Shown here piece by piece: positions 36,950 to 45,549 of a stretch of DNA of 64,000 nucleotides. How positions within the stretch are numbered: the stretch's first letter is position 1; every line of letters begins with the position of its first letter. Under the pieces are notes generated by a model. That model was not told where the DNA came from and searched no databases. It saw nothing but the letters and a program-made list of their open reading frames with translations. Made by a program: the position numbers and the translations under genes. Location: assembly GCA_041666325.1 (NCBI GenBank), contig JBAYHC010000003.1:31102-95101 (forward strand), in the 5' to 3' direction. The stretch comes from Patescibacteria group bacterium (GTDB taxonomy: Bacteria; Patescibacteriota; UBA1384; XYA2-FULL-43-10; 1-14-0-10-43-13).

Positions 36950-37091
36950 ATCATCCTGAGCGAAGCGACCGTGTCCCTCGTAGCTTTAGCGGAGTGAGAT
37001 GGATCTAGAGCCGATGCATCGGTTCACATGCGGTCGCCGCGGCGACCTAGATTCTTCGCTTCAAAGCTACATCGCTCAGAATGACAATTGG
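36950..37091. repeat. Boundary palindromic element B (TCATCCTGAGCGA ... TCGCTCAGAATGACAATTGG) at the right edge of island 3.
   Basis: About 140-bp imperfect palindrome with nested inverted repeats (GTAGCTTTAGCG/CGCTTCAAAGCTAC, GGATCTAGAG/CCTAGATTC, CCGATGCATCGG). It shares its terminal motifs with element A. Confidence 0.5.
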
Positions 37092-37423
37092 TTCTTTGTC
37101 AAACTGACTTGACTTATACTGTGGTTAATGAAAAATCTTATGTTTGCAACCTATTGGCTTAAATTAAGCCTCACATGGCTGATTTATTTATAAGTTTCTC
37201 ATTCACCAGGACACAATGCTACCATATTGTTTTTATTTTGTCAATGCTAGTTGACATATTTATATAACAGTTATTACATTTGTCAAGTCAGGGACTACAA
37301 AATTACCACCAATTTATTTAGTGAATGCTATGAAAGTGTTATATATAGCGGACAGATTGTCATCACCTGTTTAGCTTTATTCAAGACTAATTTCTTACTA
37401 TTTTGTTCGGTGATGGCAGTAAG

Positions 37424-37452
37424 TATTGACAATATTATTATTCTGTGCTAAC
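37424..37452 (+). promoter_or_regulatory. Strong sigma70-like promoter (TTGACA-17-TAACAT) in an AT-rich region that also carries TTGTCAA/TTGACA operator-like palindromes.
   Basis: agtaTTGACAatattattattctgtgcTAACATtgtgagc. tgtcaatgctagttgaca at about 37240. Confidence 0.45.
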
Positions 37453-37454
37453 AT

Positions 37455-37905
37455 TGTGAGCGTAATCCTGCAGAAGGGAGGACTCAAACCGGGAAGTGCC
37501 CCAACACTGGGGGCGAGACGACTGTCTAGCTTCCCGGGGCAAACCTCCGGGAATCGTCTGGTGGTATCACCGTTCGGTCTCCGGAGGGAGGTGGAGCTAT
37601 GGATACATGAGTATCCTGCGCTTGCCGGGCGCCTTATGGGCGCCCGTGGAAGCAATAGCTTCGCCATCCTGCCTGAGGAAGAAAGAAATGGATGTCTGAA
37701 AAAGAGAGGCGGCCAATTGCCGCCGGATGGAAGACGATCGTGTCATTTTCGCTCGTTGGCTTGGCCGTCGGCAAATCAGCCAGCGGCTAGGCACACAGCG
37801 ATAGCCTGAGTGCGCCCGAGGACGGGTCACTCTCGAAAGGATCTGCTACATCATATGGGCAGATAGCGACCACAAAGGCGCCCCGACTAGCGGGGCGCCC
37901 ATTTT
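37455..37905 (+). ncRNA. Candidate ~450-nt non-coding RNA of unknown class, GC-rich, lying between the promoter and the intrinsic terminator.
   Basis: No credible ORF; the only track ORF starts inside the promoter and is low-complexity. Internal GC hairpins such as CGGGCGCC-ttat-GGGCGCCCG. Terminator hairpin at the 3' end. No plus-strand gene lies downstream. Confidence 0.35.
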
Positions 37906-37910
37906 ATTAC
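37873..37910 (+). terminator. Intrinsic terminator GGCGCCCCG-actag-CGGGGCGCC followed by CATTTTATT.
   Basis: Perfect 9-bp GC stem followed by a U-rich tract. Confidence 0.55.
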
Positions 37911-38075
37911 TATAGACATCACATTGCGCGATATCACCAAACCGTCTGTCATCCCAGCGAAAGCTGGAACCCAGAACGCTAAAAGCCAGATTTCCGATGC
38001 CTGCGGATGCTGGCAGGCAGTGCTGGAATGATAAACCATCAGGTACGATCAACACAAGTTCAAAAATTACCAGTA

Positions 38076-38834
38076 CTACTTGTGAGCACCTTGCCAAGCA
38101 AGCTCAAATATTAACTTCATATTCTGTGCAAACTCCTTGCTCTCGATGACCACCCCATGAGGCTTCTCAGGATGAAAATAGTACAGCTTTATTCCCCAAT
38201 CAGGATAAACTGTCATCGTCATATTAAGCGGAAACTTGTCTCGCGAGATGAAGACGCCATCTCGCAGTTCTGCCTCGTTTTTGAAGGAAGGGATCTCGCC
38301 ATCCTCATGGGTGTAGATTGCCCTGGATCGAATACCCAGCTTGATACGCTCACCAAGCGACTGCTGTCTTCTGTCCTTAAAATACTTCTCCATGACATCA
38401 ATCGGGGCGATACTCAAGATCTCTGAGTTTTTCTTAAGTAAATTTCGACCATATCGATCCATGGCCATTAATCCATCAGCACCCTCGAAATAACGCACGA
38501 CTGGCTTGCCGCTCTGGGCATTATTCAGAGCCATTAGTTGGTTCATGATCTCTTTGAGTTCATTCTTCCTCTCATCGATCTCTGACTGCTGCTTCTTTAG
38601 AAGATTTTCTAGCTCTTTTGGGTCTTCCGCGATAAATAATGTTTTTTTGCCCTGCTCAACCGTGCTGACTAGGCCAAGCTTCATCAGTTTGTCTAAAATT
38701 ACATAGGCCGTGGGACGGTTGACGTCGGCTTTTTTGGCGATGTTTTGAACAGTATCTTGGGCAAGCTCGAGCGCCGCCAAATATACCTTGGCCTCTTTCT
38801 CTGATAGGCCAAGCTTTATAAGAGTTGTAAGCAT
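38076..38834 (-). CDS. TrmB-family transcriptional regulator.
   Basis: N-terminal winged helix-turn-helix LGLSEKEAKVYLAALELAQDTVQNIAKKADVNRPTAYVILDKLMKLGLV. Start is taken at MLTTLIK. Confidence 0.7.
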   Translation of the reverse strand: MLTTLIKLGLSEKEAKVYLAALELAQDTVQNIAKKADVNRPTAYVILDKLMKLGLVSTVEQGKKTLFIAEDPKELENLLKKQQSEIDERKNELKEIMNQLMALNNAQSGKPVVRYFEGADGLMAMDRYGRNLLKKNSEILSIAPIDVMEKYFKDRRQQSLGERIKLGIRSRAIYTHEDGEIPSFKNEAELRDGVFISRDKFPLNMTMTVYPDWGIKLYYFHPEKPHGVVIESKEFAQNMKLIFELAWQGAHK

Positions 38835-39090
38835 GGTAGCTCCTTGTGTAAATTGATCCTCATAATAGTACAAGACAAACACATTTTGGTCAAAAGCCCT
38901 TGCTAAAAGAAATTAAAGGGGTTACAATATTCGCCGGGGATGAGAATGCATCTTTTGTCCATCCTCCTTCCTCCTCCCGAGCCGGGAATCCCGTCGGGTA
39001 AACGGGATGGGCCCGGATAACATATCTGCCCATTGTGTGGGCATTGGGCAGCCACCCTCCCTGGCGCAACAGTCGCGCCAGGGCTTTTTT

Positions 39091-40479
39091 TTAAATTTTT
39101 ACAATTTTGTAACCCTCTTGCTTGTCTTCGACTCGCCAACCCTTGTTCTCGATCTCGTCTCTCAGCTTGTCCGAAAGCTCATAATTTTTATTACGGCGGG
39201 CCTCTTCACGTTTTTCCACTAAATCGCTGATTTCAGCCGGCACCTGCTGTGCCTTAATCTCGCCAAGACCCAGCCCAAAAACCCTATCCATCTCCAACGC
39301 TGTAGCAAGCTTGTCGGCAAGAGGCAGGTTCTCATCACGCAGAAGCTCCCAAAATATTGCCAGAGCCTTAGGGGTATCAAGATCATCTGAAATCGCAATC
39401 CCAAAACTATCCAAGTACCTCTGAGCGACAGCTCCCCCACCCTCACTGCTCTCAAGAATCCTTTTGGCACGGGAAAAACTATTTTTTGCACTCTCTAGTG
39501 CCTCCCAGGTGAAGTTCAGCCTCGAACGATAGTGCGCACCTAGCACAAGATAACGAAAATCGAGCGGAGAATATCCTCGTTTTTTTAGGTCCTCTAATGC
39601 ATAGACGTTGCCCAGACTCTTCGACATTTTCTGGCCATCGACTAGAAGATGCTCACCGTGAACCCAATACCTTGCCAATGGCTCGCCAAAAGCGGCCTCA
39701 GATTGGGCAATCTCGTTCGTGTGATGTGTGCCGATATGATCGACTCCACCGGTGTGGATATCAAAAGGCTGGCCCAGAATTGATCTTGAAATCGCTGAAC
39801 ATTCGATATGCCAACCTGGGAAACCCTCACCCCACGGTGATGGCCAATGCAAGACATGGTTTTTATAGCGACCCGTTAAGAAAAACCATAGGACAAAGTC
39901 TTGCGGATTTCTCTTGCGCTGGTCAACTACCACCTCTTCTCTAGCGCCGGTCATCTTGTCTTCTAGTTTCTGACCCGAGAGTTTACCATAATCAGGCAAT
40001 TTGGAAGTATCAAAGTATATTGCTGACTCGTCTTTGTAGGTAAAGCCCTTCTCTTCCAGAATATTGATTATGCTGATCTGCTCAGAGATGGATTCGGTGG
40101 CGCGTACAACTTTATCGGGAAGTTCGACCCTTAGGTCCTTTAGGTCGTCGAAAAATTTTGTCTCATACTCTCGAGCAATTTCCAGCGGATGTCTCCCTTC
40201 GCGCTGCGCGCCAACTTCCATCTTATCTTCACCTTCATCAGCATCAGAGACCAAATGACCAACATCTGTCACATTCATACCATGTATGACCTTGTAACCA
40301 TGGAACTCAAGGACTCGGCGTAAAACATCCTCAAAGAGGTATGCCCTAAGGTTACCGATATGTGCAAAATTGTACACTGTCAATCCACATGCGTACATCC
40401 GCACCTCTTTATCCTTGAGTGGGATAAATTCTTCTTTGTTTCGAGTTAGGGTATTATACAATTTCATAGCTGTAGTCAC
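39091..40479 (-). CDS. cysS: Cysteinyl-tRNA synthetase.
   Basis: HIGN (HIGH-type) motif in [19 protein letters not shown] and a KMSKS motif. Class I CysRS architecture. Confidence 0.9.
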   Translation of the reverse strand: MTTAMKLYNTLTRNKEEFIPLKDKEVRMYACGLTVYNFAHIGNLRAYLFEDVLRRVLEFHGYKVIHGMNVTDVGHLVSDADEGEDKMEVGAQREGRHPLEIAREYETKFFDDLKDLRVELPDKVVRATESISEQISIINILEEKGFTYKDESAIYFDTSKLPDYGKLSGQKLEDKMTGAREEVVVDQRKRNPQDFVLWFFLTGRYKNHVLHWPSPWGEGFPGWHIECSAISRSILGQPFDIHTGGVDHIGTHHTNEIAQSEAAFGEPLARYWVHGEHLLVDGQKMSKSLGNVYALEDLKKRGYSPLDFRYLVLGAHYRSRLNFTWEALESAKNSFSRAKRILESSEGGGAVAQRYLDSFGIAISDDLDTPKALAIFWELLRDENLPLADKLATALEMDRVFGLGLGEIKAQQVPAEISDLVEKREEARRNKNYELSDKLRDEIENKGWRVEDKQEGYKIVKI

Positions 40480-40648
40480 TTCACTCCTCTAACGACCCGA
40501 AGGGTCCCAATGGGAGCTGAAAACTCCCTGTGGGCACTGTATCAAGCCACATTACCTTATATCTTGTTATACCTTAGCAGATAGGAAACTCTATTTGAAG
40601 TCTTGGAAACAAAAAAATCTGGCTGAGGCCAGATTTTTTTGTAGTACA

Positions 40649-40951
40649 TCATACCGCCTGAGCTAAACTTTCCTCATCTTCCCAGCCATCACCACTAATC
40701 GCATCAACGAGATCGATATCATCAGCGTCTAGGTCATCATCAATACGCTGTTTTTTAAGCGCGCGCTTTATTGAGTTCTTGTCATATTTGCCCTTCTCGG
40801 TTTGGGTGTCCTCTTCTTCGTTCTCACTGAAAGATTCCTCAAACTCACTCACATCGCTCCAATCGATGGTTCGACTACCGCACATCGGACAAGGGTCGGA
40901 GGGTACATAAAAACCACAGTTATCACACCAGTATTGCGCTTCGTCCGCCAT
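40649..40951 (-). CDS. Small acidic zinc-ribbon protein (CDNC...CPMC).
   Basis: MADEAQYWCDNCGFYVPSDPCPMCGS. Confidence 0.5.
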   Translation of the reverse strand: MADEAQYWCDNCGFYVPSDPCPMCGSRTIDWSDVSEFEESFSENEEEDTQTEKGKYDKNSIKRALKKQRIDDDLDADDIDLVDAISGDGWEDEESLAQAV

Positions 40952-41326
40952 GAAACTCCTTTTTTACGAATTGCTTTTTGTTTTTGGCATCACGCCACAA
41001 GATAGATTCTGAATGCCCAGTAGCCCATTTCCTACTGTACGACTGTTTGGATTTTAGCGATGTAGCAATGGTCTGTCAAGATACTTTTCCACAATTAGCT
41101 GAATTTTCTTTCACAAATTCGACTACTGCAATAGCTTAGATCAATTAGAATTTACTGGACAATGAATACTGGAAAATTTGACTAACACCAGAGGACCGGA
41201 CCAGAATTCAAATTTGCTACCGAAGCCAAAGAAAATCTGCTCCCTTTGCACAGAATGCTTTTACGAAAAACTAAACCCCGATACCTTTCGCTTTATCGTT
41301 AATGCACAGCAGCAGGAACCTCGAGA

Positions 41327-41926
41327 CTAATATTCTCTGCGACCCTCAAGAGATCTTTTGATTGTCACCTCGTCGGCGTATTCAATATTGCTTCCGACTG
41401 GCAATCCCCTCGCAATACGGGTCACGCTTATGGGAAGATTTAATTCCTTGATCCTGTCTTTGACGTAAGCGGCCGTCGCCTCTCCCTCGAAATCTGGGTC
41501 AGTAGCTAGAATTACCTCATCAGTGCCATCTTTGGCCAATCGATCAATAAGCTGCTGCACCCGCAGATTTTCAGGGCCGATACCTTCTATCGGGGAGATT
41601 GCTCCACCGAGAACATGATATAGTCCGCCGAATCCACCTGTTTTTTCCAAAGCTATGACGTCAAGAGGCTCCTCAACTACAGCAACACACCTACTGTTTC
41701 TGCTGCTATCGCGACAGACAAGACACAAATCATCTTCTGCGATATTATAACACTGCACACAAAAGTGGAGATTATTCTTTAGATCCAAAACAGCTTTACC
41801 CAAACTCTCAATATCGCTGCTTGATTTAGAGAGCAAATAGAAAACAAGTCGAGCAGCTGTCTTAGGCCCAACTCCTGGCAATTTTGAAAATTCATCGATT
41901 AAGTTTTGAACTGATTTTGGAAGCAT
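41327..41926 (-). CDS. recR: Recombination protein RecR.
   Basis: Helix-hairpin-helix region LIDEFSKLPGVGPKTAARLVFYLL, C4 zinc finger CVQC...CLVC, Toprim domain. Confidence 0.85.
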   Translation of the reverse strand: MLPKSVQNLIDEFSKLPGVGPKTAARLVFYLLSKSSSDIESLGKAVLDLKNNLHFCVQCYNIAEDDLCLVCRDSSRNSRCVAVVEEPLDVIALEKTGGFGGLYHVLGGAISPIEGIGPENLRVQQLIDRLAKDGTDEVILATDPDFEGEATAAYVKDRIKELNLPISVTRIARGLPVGSNIEYADEVTIKRSLEGRREY

Positions 41927-42124
41927 ATGATTATTATTAAGAAGGCGTAAGGCGAAAGTGGCAAGTGATAAGGCCTGCCCGCAGTCGCTTCGCTCCAAGC
42001 GATGCAGGCGGGCGTAAGACTTAAGGCAAACCCCATCTCTAACGAAATGGCAAAGACACAAAAAAGTTTTGAGGTACTATTGAGAATTAACTGCAGACAT
42101 TAACTTGCGATTCCTTTCGCCTGC

Positions 42125-44293
42125 CTAACTCTCATCTTTCGCCTTGGCATTTGGATTTGTCCAGCTCGCATACTTGCACTCAGGATATCGAGAACAGCCC
42201 CAAAACATTTTCCCGCGCTTAGTTCTTCTTTCGATGACCTCACCCTCCTCGCAATCCGGACACTTCATACCGGAAGTTTTGGCAATGGTCTTAGTATTTT
42301 TGCACGTAGGATAATTTTCGCAAGCCAAGAACTTACCGAAGCGACCTTCCTTAAGAGTCATTTTTCCGCCGCATTTGTCGCACTTCTCGTTTTCGGCATC
42401 TGCAAGCCTCTGTGTCTCTCCCCCGCTAATCACTAAGTCGTTCTTCTCGTCAGTCTTTGATTCAATTGGACGAGAATATTTACATTTAGGATAACCGGGA
42501 CATGCCAAGAATTTTCCGTAACGCCCTAAACGTATAACCAAGTTATGGTTGCCGCACTCAGGACACTTCTCATCAGTGGCCTCCTCCTTTATGATGTCTT
42601 TTTTATCAATTTCTTTATTTTTCTCGGTCAATCGTTTCGCAAACGGTTCATAAAATTCACGAATTACCGGAACCCACTGACGCTCGCCCTCAGCAATCTC
42701 ATCAAACTCCTCCTCCATCTTGGCCGTAAATCGATAATCAACGATGTTTTCAAAGTGAGCGACCAATAGATCATTAACAATCCCTGCAATCTCTGTCGGT
42801 TTAAACCGCTTCTCCTCGAGTTCAACATATCCTCGATCCTGAATGGTCGACAATGTTGGAGCATACGTTGATGGTCGACCAATACCAAGGCCCTCTAGCT
42901 TCTTCACCAGCATTGCCTCGGAATACCTCTTTGGTGGTTCGGTGAATTTCTGCTGGGAGATAAGATCGATAAACCTGAGCATCTCGCCCTTATCCAAACC
43001 GGGCAAAGTTTTATTTTCATCGGAAGCAACATCATCATCCCTGCCCTCAGTATAGAGTCTGACGAATCCATCAAAGGTAAATCGCTCACCTTTAGCCACA
43101 AACACAAATCTTTCTTTGCCGTCTGCCACGATTCTGGCCTCAATCACCTCAACTACAGCTTCTTTCATCTGGGTAGCCACGGTGCGCTTCCAGATCAAGT
43201 CATAGAGCCGCTGCTCTCTGGCCTCCGCCGACACCTTTATCTGGGTGAAATGAGTCGGTCTGATGGCTTCATGGGCCTCCTGAGCATGCTTTGCCTTGGT
43301 CGTATATTTTTGCGCCTGACTGGGCAGATAGGCATCGCCATAGCTTTCCTTGATTGTTTTTCTAATTTCCGCAACTGCGTCCGTAGAAAGGTTAAATGAA
43401 TCCGTTCTCATATACGTAATATGACCGGCTTCATATAACTTTTGAGCTAGCATCATAGTTTGCTTGGCAGAAAAGCCAAGCTTGCGGGAAGCTTCCATTT
43501 GTAGTGTTGAAGTAATGAACGGAGCAGGTGGGCGGCGCAAAGACTCTTTCTTGTTAACAGACAACACAGAGTACTTCGCTCCTTGAAGATTTTCTTTGAT
43601 CTCGGCAGCAATCTTCTGGTCCTTAACGTCCATCTTCTTAACATCCTTACCATCACGTTCGACGAGAAAGGCACGGAACGGTTGCTCCTTGTCAAGCTTA
43701 GAAAGATCAACTGCAATCACCCAGTACTCTTCTGGATTGAAATTTTTGATCTCTCGCTCTCTCTCGACAACTAAACGAACCGCAACAGATTGGACGCGAC
43801 CAGCCGAGAGACCGGTTTTAACCTTTTTCCAGAGAAGTGGAGATAATTTATATCCGACTAACCGGTCAAGAACACGCCGTGCTTGTTGAGCATCAACTAA
43901 ATTCCTATCAATGCTACGTGGCTTTGCAACTGCATTTTTGATAGCCGACTCAGTAATTTCATTAAAAACTATCCTCTTTACCTTGGGGTCAGTTTCCTTT
44001 ATTTTTAGCGCATAAAGCAAGTGCCAAGAAATCGCCTCCCCTTCGCGATCCAAGTCTGTTGCCAGATATATTATATTAGCATCGCCTGAATATTTTTTAA
44101 GTTCGGAAATAGCTTTTTTTGCTTTATTTGGTATAACGTATTTTGGGTCAAAATCTTTGTCAACGTCAACGCCAAGTTCCTTTTCTGGCAAATCACGGAC
44201 ATGACCAAAAGAGGCCAGCACACGAAAGTCCTTGCCTAAATACTTCTCAATAGTTTTTGCTTTTGCCGGAGACTCGACAATGACTAAGTTCAT
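42125..44293 (-). CDS. topA: DNA topoisomerase I with C-terminal zinc-ribbon repeats.
   Basis: MNLVIVESPAKAKTIEKYLG... Toprim domain, catalytic core, and three CxxC zinc-ribbon pairs at the C-terminus. Confidence 0.9.
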   Translation of the reverse strand: MNLVIVESPAKAKTIEKYLGKDFRVLASFGHVRDLPEKELGVDVDKDFDPKYVIPNKAKKAISELKKYSGDANIIYLATDLDREGEAISWHLLYALKIKETDPKVKRIVFNEITESAIKNAVAKPRSIDRNLVDAQQARRVLDRLVGYKLSPLLWKKVKTGLSAGRVQSVAVRLVVEREREIKNFNPEEYWVIAVDLSKLDKEQPFRAFLVERDGKDVKKMDVKDQKIAAEIKENLQGAKYSVLSVNKKESLRRPPAPFITSTLQMEASRKLGFSAKQTMMLAQKLYEAGHITYMRTDSFNLSTDAVAEIRKTIKESYGDAYLPSQAQKYTTKAKHAQEAHEAIRPTHFTQIKVSAEAREQRLYDLIWKRTVATQMKEAVVEVIEARIVADGKERFVFVAKGERFTFDGFVRLYTEGRDDDVASDENKTLPGLDKGEMLRFIDLISQQKFTEPPKRYSEAMLVKKLEGLGIGRPSTYAPTLSTIQDRGYVELEEKRFKPTEIAGIVNDLLVAHFENIVDYRFTAKMEEEFDEIAEGERQWVPVIREFYEPFAKRLTEKNKEIDKKDIIKEEATDEKCPECGNHNLVIRLGRYGKFLACPGYPKCKYSRPIESKTDEKNDLVISGGETQRLADAENEKCDKCGGKMTLKEGRFGKFLACENYPTCKNTKTIAKTSGMKCPDCEEGEVIERRTKRGKMFWGCSRYPECKYASWTNPNAKAKDES

Positions 44294-44437
44294 GCGAAAA
44301 ATCCTAAATTCTAATATCTAAATCTGAAACAAAGTCAAATTGCCAAAACCGCGGCGACCCAAATTTAAAATTTCTAATTTGAGTTTAGAATTTGTTTAGG
44401 AGCTAGAAATTAGATATTTGTATTTTTGCAAAATCGT

Positions 44438-45523
44438 CTAGGCAATTTTGCGATATCTTCCGCCGCCAATATTTTGTATCATACCCTTCATCTCCATCAT
44501 TGTCAAAGCACAATTGACTGAAATAACGTTTAGCTGAGACTCTTTAATGATCGTGTCAACCAGCATTTCGCCGCCTTCCAGAACACTCATTATTTTCTGC
44601 TCGTCTTCGCTTTGCGGTATTGTTTCCCTCGCCTTTTCTTCTGTTCGTTTCAACTTAATAGGCAGTTCGTCTAGAATATCATAAATTGTCATAACAAGTT
44701 TCGCACCCTTCTGAATCAATACGTTTGTGCCGACCGAAGAATGAGAATCTATGCCCCCAGGAACAGCAAAGACCTCTCTGTTATAATCCAGAGCACACCC
44801 AGCAGTAATCAATGATCCCGATCCTTCTCCTGCTTCGACAACGAGTGTACCCAAAGTCAAGCCAGCAATTATTCTATTGCGGGCCGGAAAATTTTGCTTG
44901 AACGCCTCCGTTCCCGGAGAGTACTCCGACACGATGGCCCCACCACGCTCGATTATCTCTCTAGCTAATTCGATATGGGACGAAGGGTAAATCCTGTCCA
45001 GGCCGCACGCAAGTACTCCTATGGTTACTCCACCCGCGTCCAAAACAGCTCGGTGAGCTTCTCCGTCAATCCCCAGTGCCAATCCGGACACAACTACAAT
45101 CCCATTGTCAGCGCATTCAGTTGAGAACTTTTTGGCGACCCATTTGCCATAGCTCGTAAATTTTCTACTGCCAACAATAGCGATCCCCGGTTTCTTAATG
45201 GCGCTGGCATCCCCCTTTATATAAAGAATAGCGGGAGCGTCAGGAATCTCAGCGAGCAAGGACGGGTATTGCTTGTCGTCAATGGTAACACAACCCAAGT
45301 CGAGTCGCTTAATCTTCTCTTGCTCCCCTTCTGGACTATATGTCTTCCGGGCACTCAAAACCAGTTCAGCAACTCTTGGCTCTAGGCTGCTCCTAATCTC
45401 ACCTTCGATGGCACTCCATAGGTGTTTTGGATCGGAAAATACTGCCAAGACCTTCTTGATGGTTTGACCTCCAATTTTTGGGTGAGCATTGAGCGCAAGG
45501 ATATAGGGCAACTTGTCAGTCAT
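44438..45523 (-). CDS. dprA: DNA processing protein DprA (Smf).
   Basis: GIAIVGSRKFTSYGKWVAKKFSTECADNGIVVVSGLALGIDGEAHRAVL. Confidence 0.85.
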   Translation of the reverse strand: MTDKLPYILALNAHPKIGGQTIKKVLAVFSDPKHLWSAIEGEIRSSLEPRVAELVLSARKTYSPEGEQEKIKRLDLGCVTIDDKQYPSLLAEIPDAPAILYIKGDASAIKKPGIAIVGSRKFTSYGKWVAKKFSTECADNGIVVVSGLALGIDGEAHRAVLDAGGVTIGVLACGLDRIYPSSHIELAREIIERGGAIVSEYSPGTEAFKQNFPARNRIIAGLTLGTLVVEAGEGSGSLITAGCALDYNREVFAVPGGIDSHSSVGTNVLIQKGAKLVMTIYDILDELPIKLKRTEEKARETIPQSEDEQKIMSVLEGGEMLVDTIIKESQLNVISVNCALTMMEMKGMIQNIGGGRYRKIA

Positions 45524-45549
45524 TTACACAAATTATATACTTGAGAACT

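Noticed and set aside
34100-37100. Possible 16S or 23S rRNA gene explaining the ~3-kb non-coding GC-rich stretch.
   Set aside because: The universal rRNA signature strings, and their reverse complements, were searched for by eye and not found. These were GTGCCAGCAGCCGCGGTAA, TGTACACACCGCCCGTC, AAGTCGTAACAAGGTA, AGTACGAGAGGACCGG and GGATAACAGGCTGAT.
37455-37905. Assigning the candidate ncRNA to RNase P RNA, tmRNA, SRP RNA or 6S RNA.
   Set aside because: RNase P P4 strands (AAAGUCCGGGC and ACAGAACCCGGCUUA), the tmRNA T-arm-CCA end and the SRP domain IV GGAAGCAGCCA motif are all absent. The class is left open.
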